This document shows positions 50,568 through 61,332 of a stretch of DNA of 64,000 bases, piece after piece. How positions within the stretch are numbered: position 1 is the stretch's first letter; each line of letters opens with the position of its first letter. The notes under the pieces were generated by a model. That model saw only the letters and a program-made list of their open reading frames with translations, searched no databases and had not been told where the DNA came from. Position numbers and translations under genes: made by a program. This DNA is from Alphaproteobacteria bacterium (lineage in GTDB: Bacteria > Pseudomonadota > Alphaproteobacteria > GCA-2731375): positions 32,001 to 96,000 of the forward strand of contig CBDDBZ010000027.1 in assembly GCA_965225945.1 (NCBI GenBank). The letters are read 5' to 3'.

Positions 50568-51494
50568 TTGGAGGACTATTCGATGAGCGGGATATTGGAG
50601 TTCCTCGAACGCCATGGATCGGAGGCGGACTGCATCGAGGCGCTGGCTCGGCTGCGCTGGCCGCAAGGCTACGTCTGCGCGCGTTGCGGCGAGAGGCGGA
50701 ACTACCAATTGAAGACGCGGCCGCGGGTCTTCGAATGCGCCGGTTGCGGCCATCAGGAATCGGTGACCGCGGGCACGGTCTTCCACCGCACCCGCACACC
50801 GTTGCGCAAATGGTTCCTGGCGGCGTGGTGGATGGGGCGCGACAAGCGCGGGGTCTCGGCGCTGTTTCTGTCGCGAGAGTTGAGCCTGCGCTACGACACC
50901 GCCTGGCTGATGGCCCACAAGCTGCGCCATGCCCTGACGGAGCGCCCGGAGTTCCCGCTGGAGGGCTTGGTCGAGGTCGACGAGAGCTATTACGGCGGGC
51001 GGGGCAAGCCGGAGAGCCGGGGGCGCGGGCTTTCCAACCCGAACAAGAGCCTGTTGGTGATGGCGGTCGAGAAGTGGCCGGTCGGGTCGGGCAAGGGCAT
51101 CAAGGGGAGCGGCTTCGCCGCCGGCGCCGCGCGGCTCGCCATCCTGCCCGAGGCCACCGCCCGTGAGTTGGGCGACTTCGTGCGCGCCTCGGTGAAGCCG
51201 GGAAGCCGCCTCGACAGCGACGCTTTCAAGAGTTACGCCAAGCTTGGCGATACTTATCGCCACCAGCCCGTCGTTCAAGGCCAAGGCAAGAACGCCGAGC
51301 AGCTCATGCCGGTCGTCCATGTCCTGTTTTCCAACGTGAAGACGTGGCTCAACGGAACCTACCACGGGGTGAGCGCCAAGCATTTGCCGCGCTACGTCCG
51401 GGAATGGAACTACCGCTTCAACCGGCGCAAACGCATCTTCGACCTTGCCGATTTCGTGTTGCACCGCGCCATGACCCGACCGACCATCACCTAA
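50568..51494 (+). CDS. IS1595 transposase (probable premature TAA near C-terminus)
   Basis: CARC/CAGC, VEVDESY, HLPRY, FNRR; frame continues RELVDG.. to a TAG in the TIR. Confidence 0.9.
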   Translation: MEDYSMSGILEFLERHGSEADCIEALARLRWPQGYVCARCGERRNYQLKTRPRVFECAGCGHQESVTAGTVFHRTRTPLRKWFLAAWWMGRDKRGVSALFLSRELSLRYDTAWLMAHKLRHALTERPEFPLEGLVEVDESYYGGRGKPESRGRGLSNPNKSLLVMAVEKWPVGSGKGIKGSGFAAGAARLAILPEATARELGDFVRASVKPGSRLDSDAFKSYAKLGDTYRHQPVVQGQGKNAEQLMPVVHVLFSNVKTWLNGTYHGVSAKHLPRYVREWNYRFNRRKRIFDLADFVLHRAMTRPTIT

Positions 51495-51565
51495 AGGGAA
51501 CTGGTCGACGGTATACAATCGCAGGGAGCGCTGCCTGCCTTAACCGGATAGGGACGTTGCCTAGT

Positions 51566-54004
51566 ATGACGCTTTCGACGGCGACCAGGAGCGATACGAC
51601 CCTACCGGCCCCGATCCGAGACTGGTTCCGGGGCCGGGGATGACGGCCGCGCGCGCACCAACTGCAAGTCCTCGACGCGGTGGCACGGAGCCGGCACGTC
51701 CTGCTGCAGGCGCCGACCGGAGGGGGCAAGACCCTGGCCGGCTTCATCGCCGCTCTGGTCCGGCTGGCCGACGCCCCGGCCGACCGCCCGGCCGAGCTCA
51801 CCACGCTCTACATCTCGCCGTTGAAGGCGCTCGCCGTCGACGTCCAGCGCAACCTGCGAGCGCCGGTGGAGGAAGCCGGCCTGGCGGTCCGGATCGAGAC
51901 CCGCACCGGCGATACCCCGCAGAACCGCCGGCGCCGCCAACGCGCCCGCCCGCCCGACATCCTGCTGACGACGCCGGAGCAGTTGGCGCTGCTCCTCAGC
52001 TATCGCGATTGCGCTGCCCTGCTCGGCCGGCTCCAGCACGTGGTGATCGACGAGTTGCACGCGCTGGCCGGCGGCAAGCGGGGAGAGTTGTTGGCCCTGG
52101 GCCTGGCCCGGCTGGCGCGTCTGGCGCCCGGCGCGCGGCGCATCGGCCTCTCGGCCACCGTGGCGGACCCGGACGCGCTCGCCCGCTGGCTCGGCCTGGG
52201 CGAGCCGATCGAGCGGATCGACGCCGGTCCCGGCCCCCGCCCGGAGATCCGCGTGCTCGCCTCCGAGGCGCACGTGCCCTGGTCCGGTCACATGGCGCGC
52301 TTCACCTTTCCCGAGGTCTACGCGGCGATCCGCGAGGCCGGCACGACGCTGGTCTTCGTCAACACCCGGGCCCAGGCCGAGGTGGCGTTCCAGGAACTCT
52401 GGCGCCTGAACGACGACAATCTCGAGATCGCGCTGCACCACGGCTCACTCGCGGTCGAGCGGCGGCGCAAGGTCGAGGCGGCGATGATCCGGGGTGCGCT
52501 CCGCGCCGTGGTCTGCACCTCGACGCTGGACCTCGGCATCGACTGGGGCGACGTCGACTTGGTAATCCAGATCGGCGCGCCCAAGGGGTTGAGCCGCCTC
52601 ACGCAGCGGGTTGGGCGCGCCAATCACCGCCTGGAGACGCCGTCCAGGGCGCTGCTGGTGCCGGCCAACCGCTTCGAGGTGCTGGAGTGTCGCGCCGCCG
52701 CGGACGCGGTGGCGGAAGGCGAGCTGGACGGCGAGCCGATGCGCGCGGGCGGACTCGACGTGCTGGCACAACATATTCTCGGCCTGGCCTGCGCCGCGCC
52801 GTTCGAGGCCGACGAGCTTTATGGCGAGGTCCGCCGCGCCGCACCCTATGCCGGGCTCTCCCGCGCCGACTTCGACGCGGTATTGGATTTCGTGGCTACC
52901 GGGGGCTATGCGCTTCGCCGCTACGAACGCTACCACCGCCTCGCCCAAGACGAGACCGGCCGTTTCACCGCCGCTGACGCTCGGGTCGCCCGGCAGTACC
53001 GCCTCAACGTCGGCACCATCGTAAGTGCGCCGATGATCAAGGTCCGCCTCGGGCGCGGCCGCGTGCTGGGCGAAGTGGAGGAATGGTTCGTCGAGCAGCT
53101 CCGCCCCGGCGACACCTTCGTCTTCGCGGGCGAGATCCTGCGTTTCGAAAGCTTGCGCGAGATGGTGGCGATCGTCACCCGGGCGAAAGGTGCGGAGGCG
53201 AGCGTGCCGGCCTACTACGGCGGCAAGTTCCCGCTCTCGACCTTCCTCGCCGCCCGGGTGCGCGAGATGCTGGCCGACCCCGCCCGCCAGCGCCAGTTGC
53301 CGGCGCCGGTGCGCGAATGGCTCGGCCTCCAGCGCCGGCGCTCTGAGTTGCCGGCGGCCGACGATCTCCTGGTCGAGAGCTTTCCCCGCGCCGGCAAGCA
53401 CTATCTCGTCGCCTATCCCTTCGAGGGGCGGCTCGCGCATCAGACCCTCGGCATGCTGCTGACCCGGCGGATGGAGCGGGCCGGCTTGCGCCCCCTCGGC
53501 TTCGTCGCCAGCGAATACGCGCTTGCCGTCTGGAGCCTGGAGGCGCCCCACGGTCTCAGCCATCTCTTCGCCGAGGACATGCTGGGCGACGACCTGGAGG
53601 AATGGCTGCTGGAATCGGCGCTGATGAAGCGGAGCTTCCGCGACGTCGCCGTGATCGCCGGGCTGATCGAGCGCCGCCACCCGGGGGCGGAAAAATCCGG
53701 CCGCCAAGTGACCTTCTCCTCCGACTTGATCTACGACGTCTTGAACCGCTACCAGCCGGACCACGTGCTGCTGCGCGCGACCCGGGCCGACGCCGCGAGC
53801 GGCCTGCTGGACGTCCGCCGGTTGGGCGAGATGCTGCGCCGGATCCAGGGGCGCATCCGCCACCGCCGGCTCGACCGGGTCTCGCCCTTGGCCGTGCCGC
53901 TGATGCTGGAGATCGGCGCCGAGCCGGTTTGGGGCGAGGCGATGGAAACCCTGCTGGGCGAGGCCGCCGAGGCGCTGATCGAGGAGGCGATGCGGCTGGT
54001 TTGA
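51566..54004 (+). pseudogene. ligase-associated DNA damage response DEXH helicase (Lhr-like) with TGA at codon 26
   Basis: PTGGGKT, SPLKAL, DELH, GLSAT, QRVGRANH; FRGRG*RPRAHQ where Trp is expected; restart at 51680 possible. Confidence 0.85.
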
Positions 54005-54175
54005 TAGCAAGTTGCGATCGGTTGGTTTCATCGCGACCCGGCAGGCGTGACCACGCGGGCCAGCTTGGCCGGGCAAAAACCCGCGCGGCGCTTGAAAGAG
54101 CGGGTCGTTAAACCCGGGCGCGGCGGCCGCCCCCCGGTTTCGACCTCCGAGGGGCGGAGGCTCCACGCAAGAGGG

Positions 54176-55261
54176 TCAAAAGCCGACGGCGACCTGGTAG
54201 AGCCCCTCCACGGTCAGGGCCATGCGCCGGTAGTCCAGGGTCTCCGGCCTGTCCGTCGGGCGGTGGTAATTCGGGTTCCGGAAGAAGGCGGTATCGGTCA
54301 CCATCACGGCTGGATAGCCGAACTGCCAGAAGCTCCATTGGTCCGAGAAGTCGACCCCGGGCAGGAAGCTGGGCGCGTTGATCGAATAGACCGGCAGCTC
54401 CGTCGTCGCCGTCATCAGCGCCTTCACGCGCGCCACGGCCGACCGTTCGAAGGCGAGACCGACGACGCCGATGAAGTTCCCTGTGTCGGGATAGATCCAG
54501 GTCAGCAGGACGTGCGGAAAGCTCTGGGATCCGGGCTGGTCCGAGAAGAAGCCGATCATCTCGATGCTGACCATGAGCTTCAGCGCCGCCCCCTCCTCGT
54601 GCAGGCTCTCGGCGTAGACGTAGCTGCCCATCTCTCCCGTATGGAAATAGGGTGGCTCCTCGAGCGTGAAGGCGACCAGATCGACCCGATGCGTCAGACT
54701 TGGCTTTGCCCTGCCGATCATGCGGGCAAGCTCGAGGAGGCCCGCCACGCCGCTGGCATTGTCGTCCGCGCCTGGATTGGCATCGCCGCTGACATCGTAA
54801 TGCGCGCCGATCACCACGCGCGGCGCAGTCTCCGGACCAAAGGTGCAGATGACGTTCTTGTAGGCCACATGGTCGAGGATGAAGCGCTGTTCCCGAAGGT
54901 CACAGCCGGTCGTGGCGAAGGCCTCGCCGACATAGGTCGCGACCTTATCGAGACCCTCGGCGTTCTGTCCGTTTCGAGGCGGCGTCAGACCGGCGAAAAA
55001 GCGGACGTCCGCTTCCAGCCTGGTCGCGTCGGCCTTCTGCGAAACCTCCGGGGACTCCGGCGACGGTACGGGGTTCCGCAGGAACCAGAAGAGCCCGAGG
55101 TAGAGCCCCGCCGCCAGAAGGGCGACGAGCAACACTAAACGAGCGGCCCAGTGATCCAAGGCTGGCGCATTCGCATGGAGAGCAAGGCTTTTGAACCGGG
55201 ATTGCCCGGATAGCACCTCAAGCTGGCCGAAAACGGTAGCAGATTCGGCAGTCGTAGGCAA
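54176..55261 (-). CDS. M28 family peptidase
   Basis: GAHYD, GADDNASG, LEEPP, YH motifs; start uncertain. Confidence 0.88.
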   Translation of the reverse strand: MPTTAESATVFGQLEVLSGQSRFKSLALHANAPALDHWAARLVLLVALLAAGLYLGLFWFLRNPVPSPESPEVSQKADATRLEADVRFFAGLTPPRNGQNAEGLDKVATYVGEAFATTGCDLREQRFILDHVAYKNVICTFGPETAPRVVIGAHYDVSGDANPGADDNASGVAGLLELARMIGRAKPSLTHRVDLVAFTLEEPPYFHTGEMGSYVYAESLHEEGAALKLMVSIEMIGFFSDQPGSQSFPHVLLTWIYPDTGNFIGVVGLAFERSAVARVKALMTATTELPVYSINAPSFLPGVDFSDQWSFWQFGYPAVMVTDTAFFRNPNYHRPTDRPETLDYRRMALTVEGLYQVAVGF

Positions 55262-55481
55262 TTCAGGTCTTGATTCACAATTCGCAAGGTATTCTCAACC
55301 CGAACTGGTTTGAGAATCCACTAAGCGCTGCCCTCATTAGTATCTGAGGCTGGGCGCCCGATTGACAGATCTTGGCTAGAGGCGGTGGCTACCGGAAGGT
55401 CCGACATCGCATTCTTGAGTCGGACCCGATTTCCTTGGACACAGAATTGGCTTAATCGAAGTGTCCAAGGAGGACCGGAAC

Positions 55482-55892
55482 ATGACCGACAATTTTGAGA
55501 ACAAAGTTGCTGTTGATGGGCCTGTGGTAAACGAGGGCGAGCTTGGCTCGTCCACGTTTTCCCCGGGCCAGGTTTCGCCGGCAGGCCCGCTGGGACTTGG
55601 CCAGCGGTGGACGGTGACGCGCAAGCGTGAGGTTGCCCTGCGGCTTTTGCGTGGCGAGCCGGTGGAACTTTTGTCGCGGCAGTTGGGCGTGGAGATTTTC
55701 CGGCTCGAGCAGTGGCGTGAGAAGGCGATCGCCGGGATCGATGCCTCGCTCAAGGAACGCAAGGGCGATCCGGTAAAGGCGGAACTGGACATCGCCATGA
55801 AGCGGATCGGGGAGTTGATCATGCAGGTGGAACTGCTGGAGGCCAAGACGGAGACGTCCGGCCCTTTGGGGCGGCGGAGGTCGCGGCGATGA
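55482..55892 (+). CDS. transposase OrfA (HTH plus coiled coil)
   Basis: RKREVALRLLRGE..LSRQLGV HTH; AGGAGG RBS. Confidence 0.85.
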   Translation: MTDNFENKVAVDGPVVNEGELGSSTFSPGQVSPAGPLGLGQRWTVTRKREVALRLLRGEPVELLSRQLGVEIFRLEQWREKAIAGIDASLKERKGDPVKAELDIAMKRIGELIMQVELLEAKTETSGPLGRRRSRR

Positions 55893-56800
55893 GTGCCGCC
55901 ACCTCTCCCGGCACGGGTTTGGCCTACGGCCTCCAGCGGGTCTGTGCGGCCTGGGGTTTTGCCCGTTCCTCGTTCTACGCCATGAAATCCCGGCAGCAGG
56001 CCACCGCTGAGCGCCCACCAGCAAAGCGCCGGGGACCGAAGCCCTCGATCTCGGACGAGGCTCTGCTGGTGGCCATCGAGGCCGACCTGGAGGCATCCCC
56101 CTGGGAGGGCGAGGGACACCGCAAGGTCTGGGCTCGGCTTCGGGTCTGTCGTGGCATCCGTGTTTCCCGCAAGCGGGTGCTCCGGGTGATGCGCGAGAAC
56201 AACCTGCTCTCGCCCCATCGCTGCCGCCGCCGTGGCGGAAATCCCCATGTCGGTGAGATCATCACCCATGCCCCCAACCTCATGTGGGGCACGGACGGCG
56301 TTCGGGTGTTCACGGTGGACGACGGCTGGGGCTGGATATTCACCGCCATCGAGCATTGGAACGCCGAGTGCGTCGGCTGGCATGTGTGCAAGCGAGGCGA
56401 CCGCTTCGCCGCCCTTCAGCCGATCTCCATGGGGCTTGCGAGGCTGTATGCCTCGACCTCCGCCGGTGCGGCGCGGGGGCTGGCCTTGCGGATGGATCAC
56501 GGCTCCCAGTATCTGTCGGACCACTTCACCAACCAGATCAAGTTCTGGGGCATCCAGCCGTCCTACGCCTTCGTCGAACAGCCCCAGACCAACGGCGTCG
56601 CCGAGAGGTTCAATCGCACGCTCAAGGAACAGATCATCCATGGCCGCATCTACCGCAACATCGCGGAGCTGCGGAACGCCGTCCGCGGGTTCGTCGAACA
56701 GTACAATGCCCAGTGGATCGTGGAGAAGAACGGCTACCTGAGCCCCGCTCAAGCTCGTCAGGCGTGGCACACCGCGATGTCACTCAGGCCCGCCGCATGA
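55889..56800 (+). CDS. transposase OrfB (DDE integrase core)
   Basis: WGTD, DHGSQY, NGVAERFNRTLKE; ATGA overlap with OrfA. Confidence 0.92.
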   Translation: MSAATSPGTGLAYGLQRVCAAWGFARSSFYAMKSRQQATAERPPAKRRGPKPSISDEALLVAIEADLEASPWEGEGHRKVWARLRVCRGIRVSRKRVLRVMRENNLLSPHRCRRRGGNPHVGEIITHAPNLMWGTDGVRVFTVDDGWGWIFTAIEHWNAECVGWHVCKRGDRFAALQPISMGLARLYASTSAGAARGLALRMDHGSQYLSDHFTNQIKFWGIQPSYAFVEQPQTNGVAERFNRTLKEQIIHGRIYRNIAELRNAVRGFVEQYNAQWIVEKNGYLSPAQARQAWHTAMSLRPAA

Positions 56801-56925
56801 GACAAACTTGTGTCCAAGGAACCGGGTGCGATACACGACATCGCATTCTCGCGGTCGCGGTGGTTCGCCCGGAAAGTTAGCTCCCGCGGAACCGGAAGAC
56901 CCAGTTCCTTCCCGCCAAGTGCCGC

Positions 56926-58326
56926 CTATGCCGCGAGCAGGTTCCGGGCCGTCGCCTGCGCGGTGGCGGCTTCGGCTTCGGCGCCGAGCCGGCCGAGGAC
57001 ATCGCCGTAGGTCCGCCAGGACGGGCCGCTGGTCGGCTGCGCCGCGACTCGCTCGGCGAGAAGGGCGCGGGCGAAGCGGTCCTGGCCGTCCCGAATCGCG
57101 GAATCGATCAACATGCGCACCCAGCAATCGCGCTGCACCCAGCTTCCACCGAGGAACCACATATGATAGCGGGTCTCGCGCATGAGCTCGACCACCCGAC
57201 CATGGTTCCCCTCGGCATAGGCCAGGATCGCCTCGGCCACGGGCACGCCCGCCTCGCGGTAGACCGCCGCCACGGTGTTGTCGCCGTCGCCGCCATGGGC
57301 TTGCGCGAAGTCCCGCATCGATTGCAATAGAGCCTCTGCTTCCACCGTCCGGCCACCCATGGCCAGCGCCATCATGAAATGCACGTCGTTGAAGGCCCTC
57401 AGGCGGTCGTCCAGACGGCCGGCGCAAACCTCGGCCACGCCGTCCCACCGCTTGCCGACATCGAGGCCGAGCATGGCGAGACGCATCAGCATGGAGGAGG
57501 CATTGCCGATATCGGTATTGTCCTCCGAGGGCTCGGTCCAGAACTGCCGGTCGAAGGCGGCCAGCACATCGCCGTAACGCTCGGTTTCCAGATAGTGCAG
57601 CGCGCGATGCCACCAGATGTGATGGGCGAAGATGCCACGCGCGCGCCAAGCCGCCTCGTGCTCGTCGACCCACCGGATGCCGTCCTCGCGCCGGCCGGTC
57701 ATTTCCAGCGCATGGACCACGGCATGACCCGCCCAAATATCATCTTCGTTGATGGCGACGGCACGCCGGCCCGCCGGCTCGGCCTCGCCATAGCGCCCAT
57801 TCTCCTCGAGCGCGAAGGCATGACAGCCGAGGACATAGCCGAAGCCCGGAACATCGGCCGACCATCGCGGCATGATCCGGCTCGCGGAATCCCGCATGCG
57901 GGCCAAATCGCCGACGTAGAAATGCAGAAAATGCACCAGGCGGAAGGCCAGGATATCGTGGGGATGGTCGATCAGGATCTCTTCCCAGATGGCGTTGGCT
58001 CGCCGCAGGTGTCCCTGCGACCAGGCGGCGAGCGCTCTCACATGGGCCTGTTCGCGCGCGGTCGCCGTGCCGGCTTGCGCCCGCGCGGCGGCCAGACTCT
58101 GTTCCGCGCGCTGCAGCAGATGCGCCTGTGCCGGCAGGCGAAACAGATAGCCGCGCAGGACATGGCCCATCACCATATCGCCGTCGGCATCGCCGAGTTG
58201 CTTCAGCAACTGACCGGTATCGCGGCTTTGAGCCAGATAGGCCTCGATCGTCGCATCGAAGGCGTCGACCGCCTCCTGGCTCGCGGCCGTCATCTCCAGG
58301 CCCCGCTCGTCGCGAAACATCGCCAT
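56926..58326 (-). CDS. TTC38-like tetratricopeptide repeat protein
   Basis: AFALEE, WAGHAVVHALEM, HIWWHRAL, GGSWVQRD. Confidence 0.88.
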   Translation of the reverse strand: MAMFRDERGLEMTAASQEAVDAFDATIEAYLAQSRDTGQLLKQLGDADGDMVMGHVLRGYLFRLPAQAHLLQRAEQSLAAARAQAGTATAREQAHVRALAAWSQGHLRRANAIWEEILIDHPHDILAFRLVHFLHFYVGDLARMRDSASRIMPRWSADVPGFGYVLGCHAFALEENGRYGEAEPAGRRAVAINEDDIWAGHAVVHALEMTGRREDGIRWVDEHEAAWRARGIFAHHIWWHRALHYLETERYGDVLAAFDRQFWTEPSEDNTDIGNASSMLMRLAMLGLDVGKRWDGVAEVCAGRLDDRLRAFNDVHFMMALAMGGRTVEAEALLQSMRDFAQAHGGDGDNTVAAVYREAGVPVAEAILAYAEGNHGRVVELMRETRYHMWFLGGSWVQRDCWVRMLIDSAIRDGQDRFARALLAERVAAQPTSGPSWRTYGDVLGRLGAEAEAATAQATARNLLAA

Positions 58327-58353
58327 GTCTCCTTGCTAGACCAATGCCGCGTC

Positions 58354-59220
58354 TCAGCCGGCTTCGGGAACCGGCACTCGGGCCGGCGGCACCGCTAGGC
58401 CCGGGACGTCGACGCGGGTCCGGAAGACCGCGCCGGCCCGGTCGTGATCGAGGCCACGCCAGCCGGTGGCGACATAGAGATCGCGCAAGTTCTCGCCGCC
58501 GAAGCAGACGCTGGTCACCATCGGGACCGGCACCTCGATCTGCCGGCGAAGGCTTCCGTCGGGCTCGAACACGTCGACGCGGCTGCCATGCGCCACCGCG
58601 ACCCAGAGCGAGCCGTCCTCGGCCAGCGCGAGACCATCGGGGATGCCGTCCTCGACAGGAGCGAAGACCTGGCGCGGGCCGACGGTCCCGTCGCTCTCCC
58701 GCGCGCAGGCCCAGACGGCGTGGGTCGGCGAATCGGCGTGATAGAGCCGCCCGCCGTCGGGTGAGATGGCGATGCCGTTGGTCAACTGGATCCCGTCCTG
58801 AAGTGTGTGGAGGGAGCCGTCGAGATCGATCATGTGCAGATGCGCCGTCGGCAGGTCCGCGTCGCCGGTCCGCTCGAGCGGCGCATGGGCCAGCGAGCCG
58901 ACATAGACCCGCCCCTCGGCGTCGGTGCCGAGATCGTTGAAGCCGACGATGCCGTCCGCCACCTCTTGGCCCATGAGCACGCGGGTGCCCGCGGCCTCGA
59001 ACAGCTTCACCGCGACGTTCCGCCCGGAGATCACCATGCCGCCGGCGACGTGGAGCGCCATGCCGCCGATGCCGCGGCGATGCGGGAAGACTTCGCTGGC
59101 CTCGCCCGCCGGCGACAGCGCGTAGACCCCGCCGTGGATGACGTCGGAATAGATCAGCCCCCGCGCCGGATCCCAGACCGGACCCTCGATCAGGCCGTAT
59201 CCTTCGCCCAACTTCTCCAT
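58354..59220 (-). CDS. SMP-30/gluconolactonase/LRE family protein
   Basis: EGPVWD, FND, NGIAISPDG, PDGLA, TSVCFGG. Confidence 0.92.
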   Translation of the reverse strand: MEKLGEGYGLIEGPVWDPARGLIYSDVIHGGVYALSPAGEASEVFPHRRGIGGMALHVAGGMVISGRNVAVKLFEAAGTRVLMGQEVADGIVGFNDLGTDAEGRVYVGSLAHAPLERTGDADLPTAHLHMIDLDGSLHTLQDGIQLTNGIAISPDGGRLYHADSPTHAVWACARESDGTVGPRQVFAPVEDGIPDGLALAEDGSLWVAVAHGSRVDVFEPDGSLRRQIEVPVPMVTSVCFGGENLRDLYVATGWRGLDHDRAGAVFRTRVDVPGLAVPPARVPVPEAG

Positions 59221-59224
59221 GACA

Positions 59225-60433
59225 CTACTCGGCGGCCTTGGCGACGAGCGTCCTGTGGGTCTCGGCGAAATGGCGGATCGCCGCGTCGACGCCGCCGCTC
59301 TCGTGGGGAATGCCGGTCACCGCCAGCGCCGTCGCGACCGTGGCGAGCGCGCCCAGGACCATCGCCTCGTTCAGATAGCCGAGATGGCCGATGCGAAACG
59401 CCCGGCCGCCGAGATCGCCCAGGCCGGCACCGAGCGAAAGGTCCAGTTCGTCCCGGCAGGCGAGGCGGATGACATCGGCGTCGTAGGCCTCGGCGACGCG
59501 GATCGTGGTCACCGAATCGCAGCGATCGGCCGGCGCAAGCGCGTTGAACTCCAGCGCGCCGGCCCGCGACCAGACCTCGATCGCCTTGCGCACGCCCTCG
59601 GCCAGGCGGCCATGGCGCGCCACGGCATTGTCCAAGCCTTCCTCGAACAGCATGTCCAACGCCTCGCGCAGGCCGTAGAGCAGGTGGATCGGCGAGGTGC
59701 CGCAGAACTTGCGGTAATATTCGGGCCCCGAGCGGCGGGTCCAATCCCAATAGAGCCGCGGCAGGTCCGCGCCCTGGTGCGCTTCCCAGGCCCGCTCGCT
59801 GGCGGCGACGAAGCCGAGGCCGGGCGGCTGCATCAGCCCTTTCTGCGAGGCGGCGACGGCGACGTCGACGCCCATCGCGTCCATGTCGAAGGGTGCCGCG
59901 GCGAGCGAGGCGACCACGTCCACCATCAGCAGCGCCGGATGGCCGGCCGCGTCGATCGCCCGGCGCACGGCGGCGACGTCGCTGGTGATCGCCGTCGCGG
60001 TGTCGGTCTGCACCATCAGGACGGCCTTGATCTCGTGGCCCGAGTCGGAGCGCAGGCGATCCTCGATCACGTTCGGGTCCAGCGCGTTGCGCCAGTCGCC
60101 GGAGACCACGTCGACGTCGACGCCGAAGACACTCGCCATCTCCGCCCAGTTGCGCGAGAAATGCCCGACCTCGGGCGCCAGCACCTTGTCGCCGGCCGAG
60201 AGCACGTTGACCAGCGCCGCTTCCCAGGCACCGTGGCCGTTCGAAAGGTAAATGAAGATCCGGCCGTCGGTGTGGAAGACTCGTGCGAGATCCTCGAAGC
60301 AGGTCTGGATCATCGCCAGATAGTCGGGGTCGGACAGGTCCACCGCCGGGCGTATCATGGCGGCGACCACGCGGTCGGGGACGTTGGTGGGGCCGGGCGT
60401 ATGCAAGAGGTTTCGGCCGGTTTTGATCGACAT
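59225..60433 (-). CDS. class V aminotransferase (serine-glyoxylate aminotransferase-like)
   Basis: TPGPTNVP, GHGAWEAA, SQKGLMQPPG, FRIGHLG. Confidence 0.92.
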   Translation of the reverse strand: MSIKTGRNLLHTPGPTNVPDRVVAAMIRPAVDLSDPDYLAMIQTCFEDLARVFHTDGRIFIYLSNGHGAWEAALVNVLSAGDKVLAPEVGHFSRNWAEMASVFGVDVDVVSGDWRNALDPNVIEDRLRSDSGHEIKAVLMVQTDTATAITSDVAAVRRAIDAAGHPALLMVDVVASLAAAPFDMDAMGVDVAVAASQKGLMQPPGLGFVAASERAWEAHQGADLPRLYWDWTRRSGPEYYRKFCGTSPIHLLYGLREALDMLFEEGLDNAVARHGRLAEGVRKAIEVWSRAGALEFNALAPADRCDSVTTIRVAEAYDADVIRLACRDELDLSLGAGLGDLGGRAFRIGHLGYLNEAMVLGALATVATALAVTGIPHESGGVDAAIRHFAETHRTLVAKAAE

Positions 60434-60657
60434 CTGGGCGTATTCCTGATCGGGCTGTGACGAGGCGGCAAGGAACCATGTTTCCTGCCGCGACTCAATG
60501 GCTCGACCGCTGGATAGGCGGGGATTGTGGCGAAAATCGCGCCCTCGCGGGGCAACCGGCCGGCCGGAGCGCCCCGGAGCACGATTGCGGCGAGCCGGGC
60601 CAGCCGTCACTATGGGCCCGCCGGGGAATATCGGGCAGTCAGGGAGAGCATCGAGGC

Positions 60658-61296
60658 GTGGACGCGAGGCTTTACCCCTATGCGCCGGAGCTGAGGGCGC
60701 GCATCGCCGGCAATCTCGCGGCCTTCACGCGGCGGGGTCGCGACGGGACGGGGCTGCGCCGCGCCGCCGTCGCCGTGGCCGTCGTCGAGGCCGAGGACGA
60801 CAGGCAAGAGGCGGCCTTCGTGCTGACCCGCAGGGTTGCCGGTCTCTCCTCCCACGCCGGCCAATGGGCCCTTCCGGGCGGGCGGATCGACGGGGCTGAG
60901 AGCGTCGAGGCGGCCGCACTTCGCGAACTCGACGAGGAAGTCGGCCTCCGCCTCGGGCCCGAGGCGGTGCTCGGCGTGCTGGACGACTACCCCACGCGCT
61001 CCGGCTATCTGATCACGCCCGTGGTGCTCTGGGCCGGACCCGGCGCCCGGCTCGCGGCCAACCCGAGCGAGGTCGCCAGCATCCACCTGGTCCCGCTGGC
61101 CGAACTCGACCGTCCGGATTCGCCCGAGTTCTACCCCAGCGAGGAGAGCGGGCGCTGGATCATCAAGATCTACATCGGCGAGGACGACGTACATGCGCCG
61201 ACGGCGGCGCTGGTGCATCAGTTCCACGAGGTGGCGGTGCACGGGCGGGCGACCCGGGTGCACGAGCTCGACCAACCGGTCTGGGCCTGGCGCTGA
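60658..61296 (+). CDS. Nudix CoA pyrophosphatase (NudL-like)
   Basis: LTRR..LSSHAGQWALPGGR..AALRELDEEVG. Confidence 0.9.
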   Translation: MDARLYPYAPELRARIAGNLAAFTRRGRDGTGLRRAAVAVAVVEAEDDRQEAAFVLTRRVAGLSSHAGQWALPGGRIDGAESVEAAALRELDEEVGLRLGPEAVLGVLDDYPTRSGYLITPVVLWAGPGARLAANPSEVASIHLVPLAELDRPDSPEFYPSEESGRWIIKIYIGEDDVHAPTAALVHQFHEVAVHGRATRVHELDQPVWAWR

Positions 61297-61332
61297 GCGG
61301 GCGGCTCGAAAGTCCCCGAACCCGCGCGCGCC

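Larger units (their letters stand above)
50479..51556 (+). mobile_element. IS1595 family insertion sequence
   Basis: TIR CGTCCCTATCYGGTTAARGCAGG; 8-bp TSD TTGCCTAG at 50471-50478 and 51557-51564. Confidence 0.95.
55416..56835 (+). mobile_element. IS3/IS481-like two-ORF insertion sequence with 14-bp TSD
   Basis: TG..TCCTTGGACAC / GTGTCCAAGGA..CA TIRs; CGACATCGCATTCT at 55402-55415 and 56836-56849. Confidence 0.9.

Noticed and set aside
51641-51643. TGA at a conserved Trp as evidence of genetic code 4
   Set aside because: Many genes here end in TGA, TGG is used normally, and another apparent Trp codon became TAG (37929). A point mutation or sequencing error is simpler.
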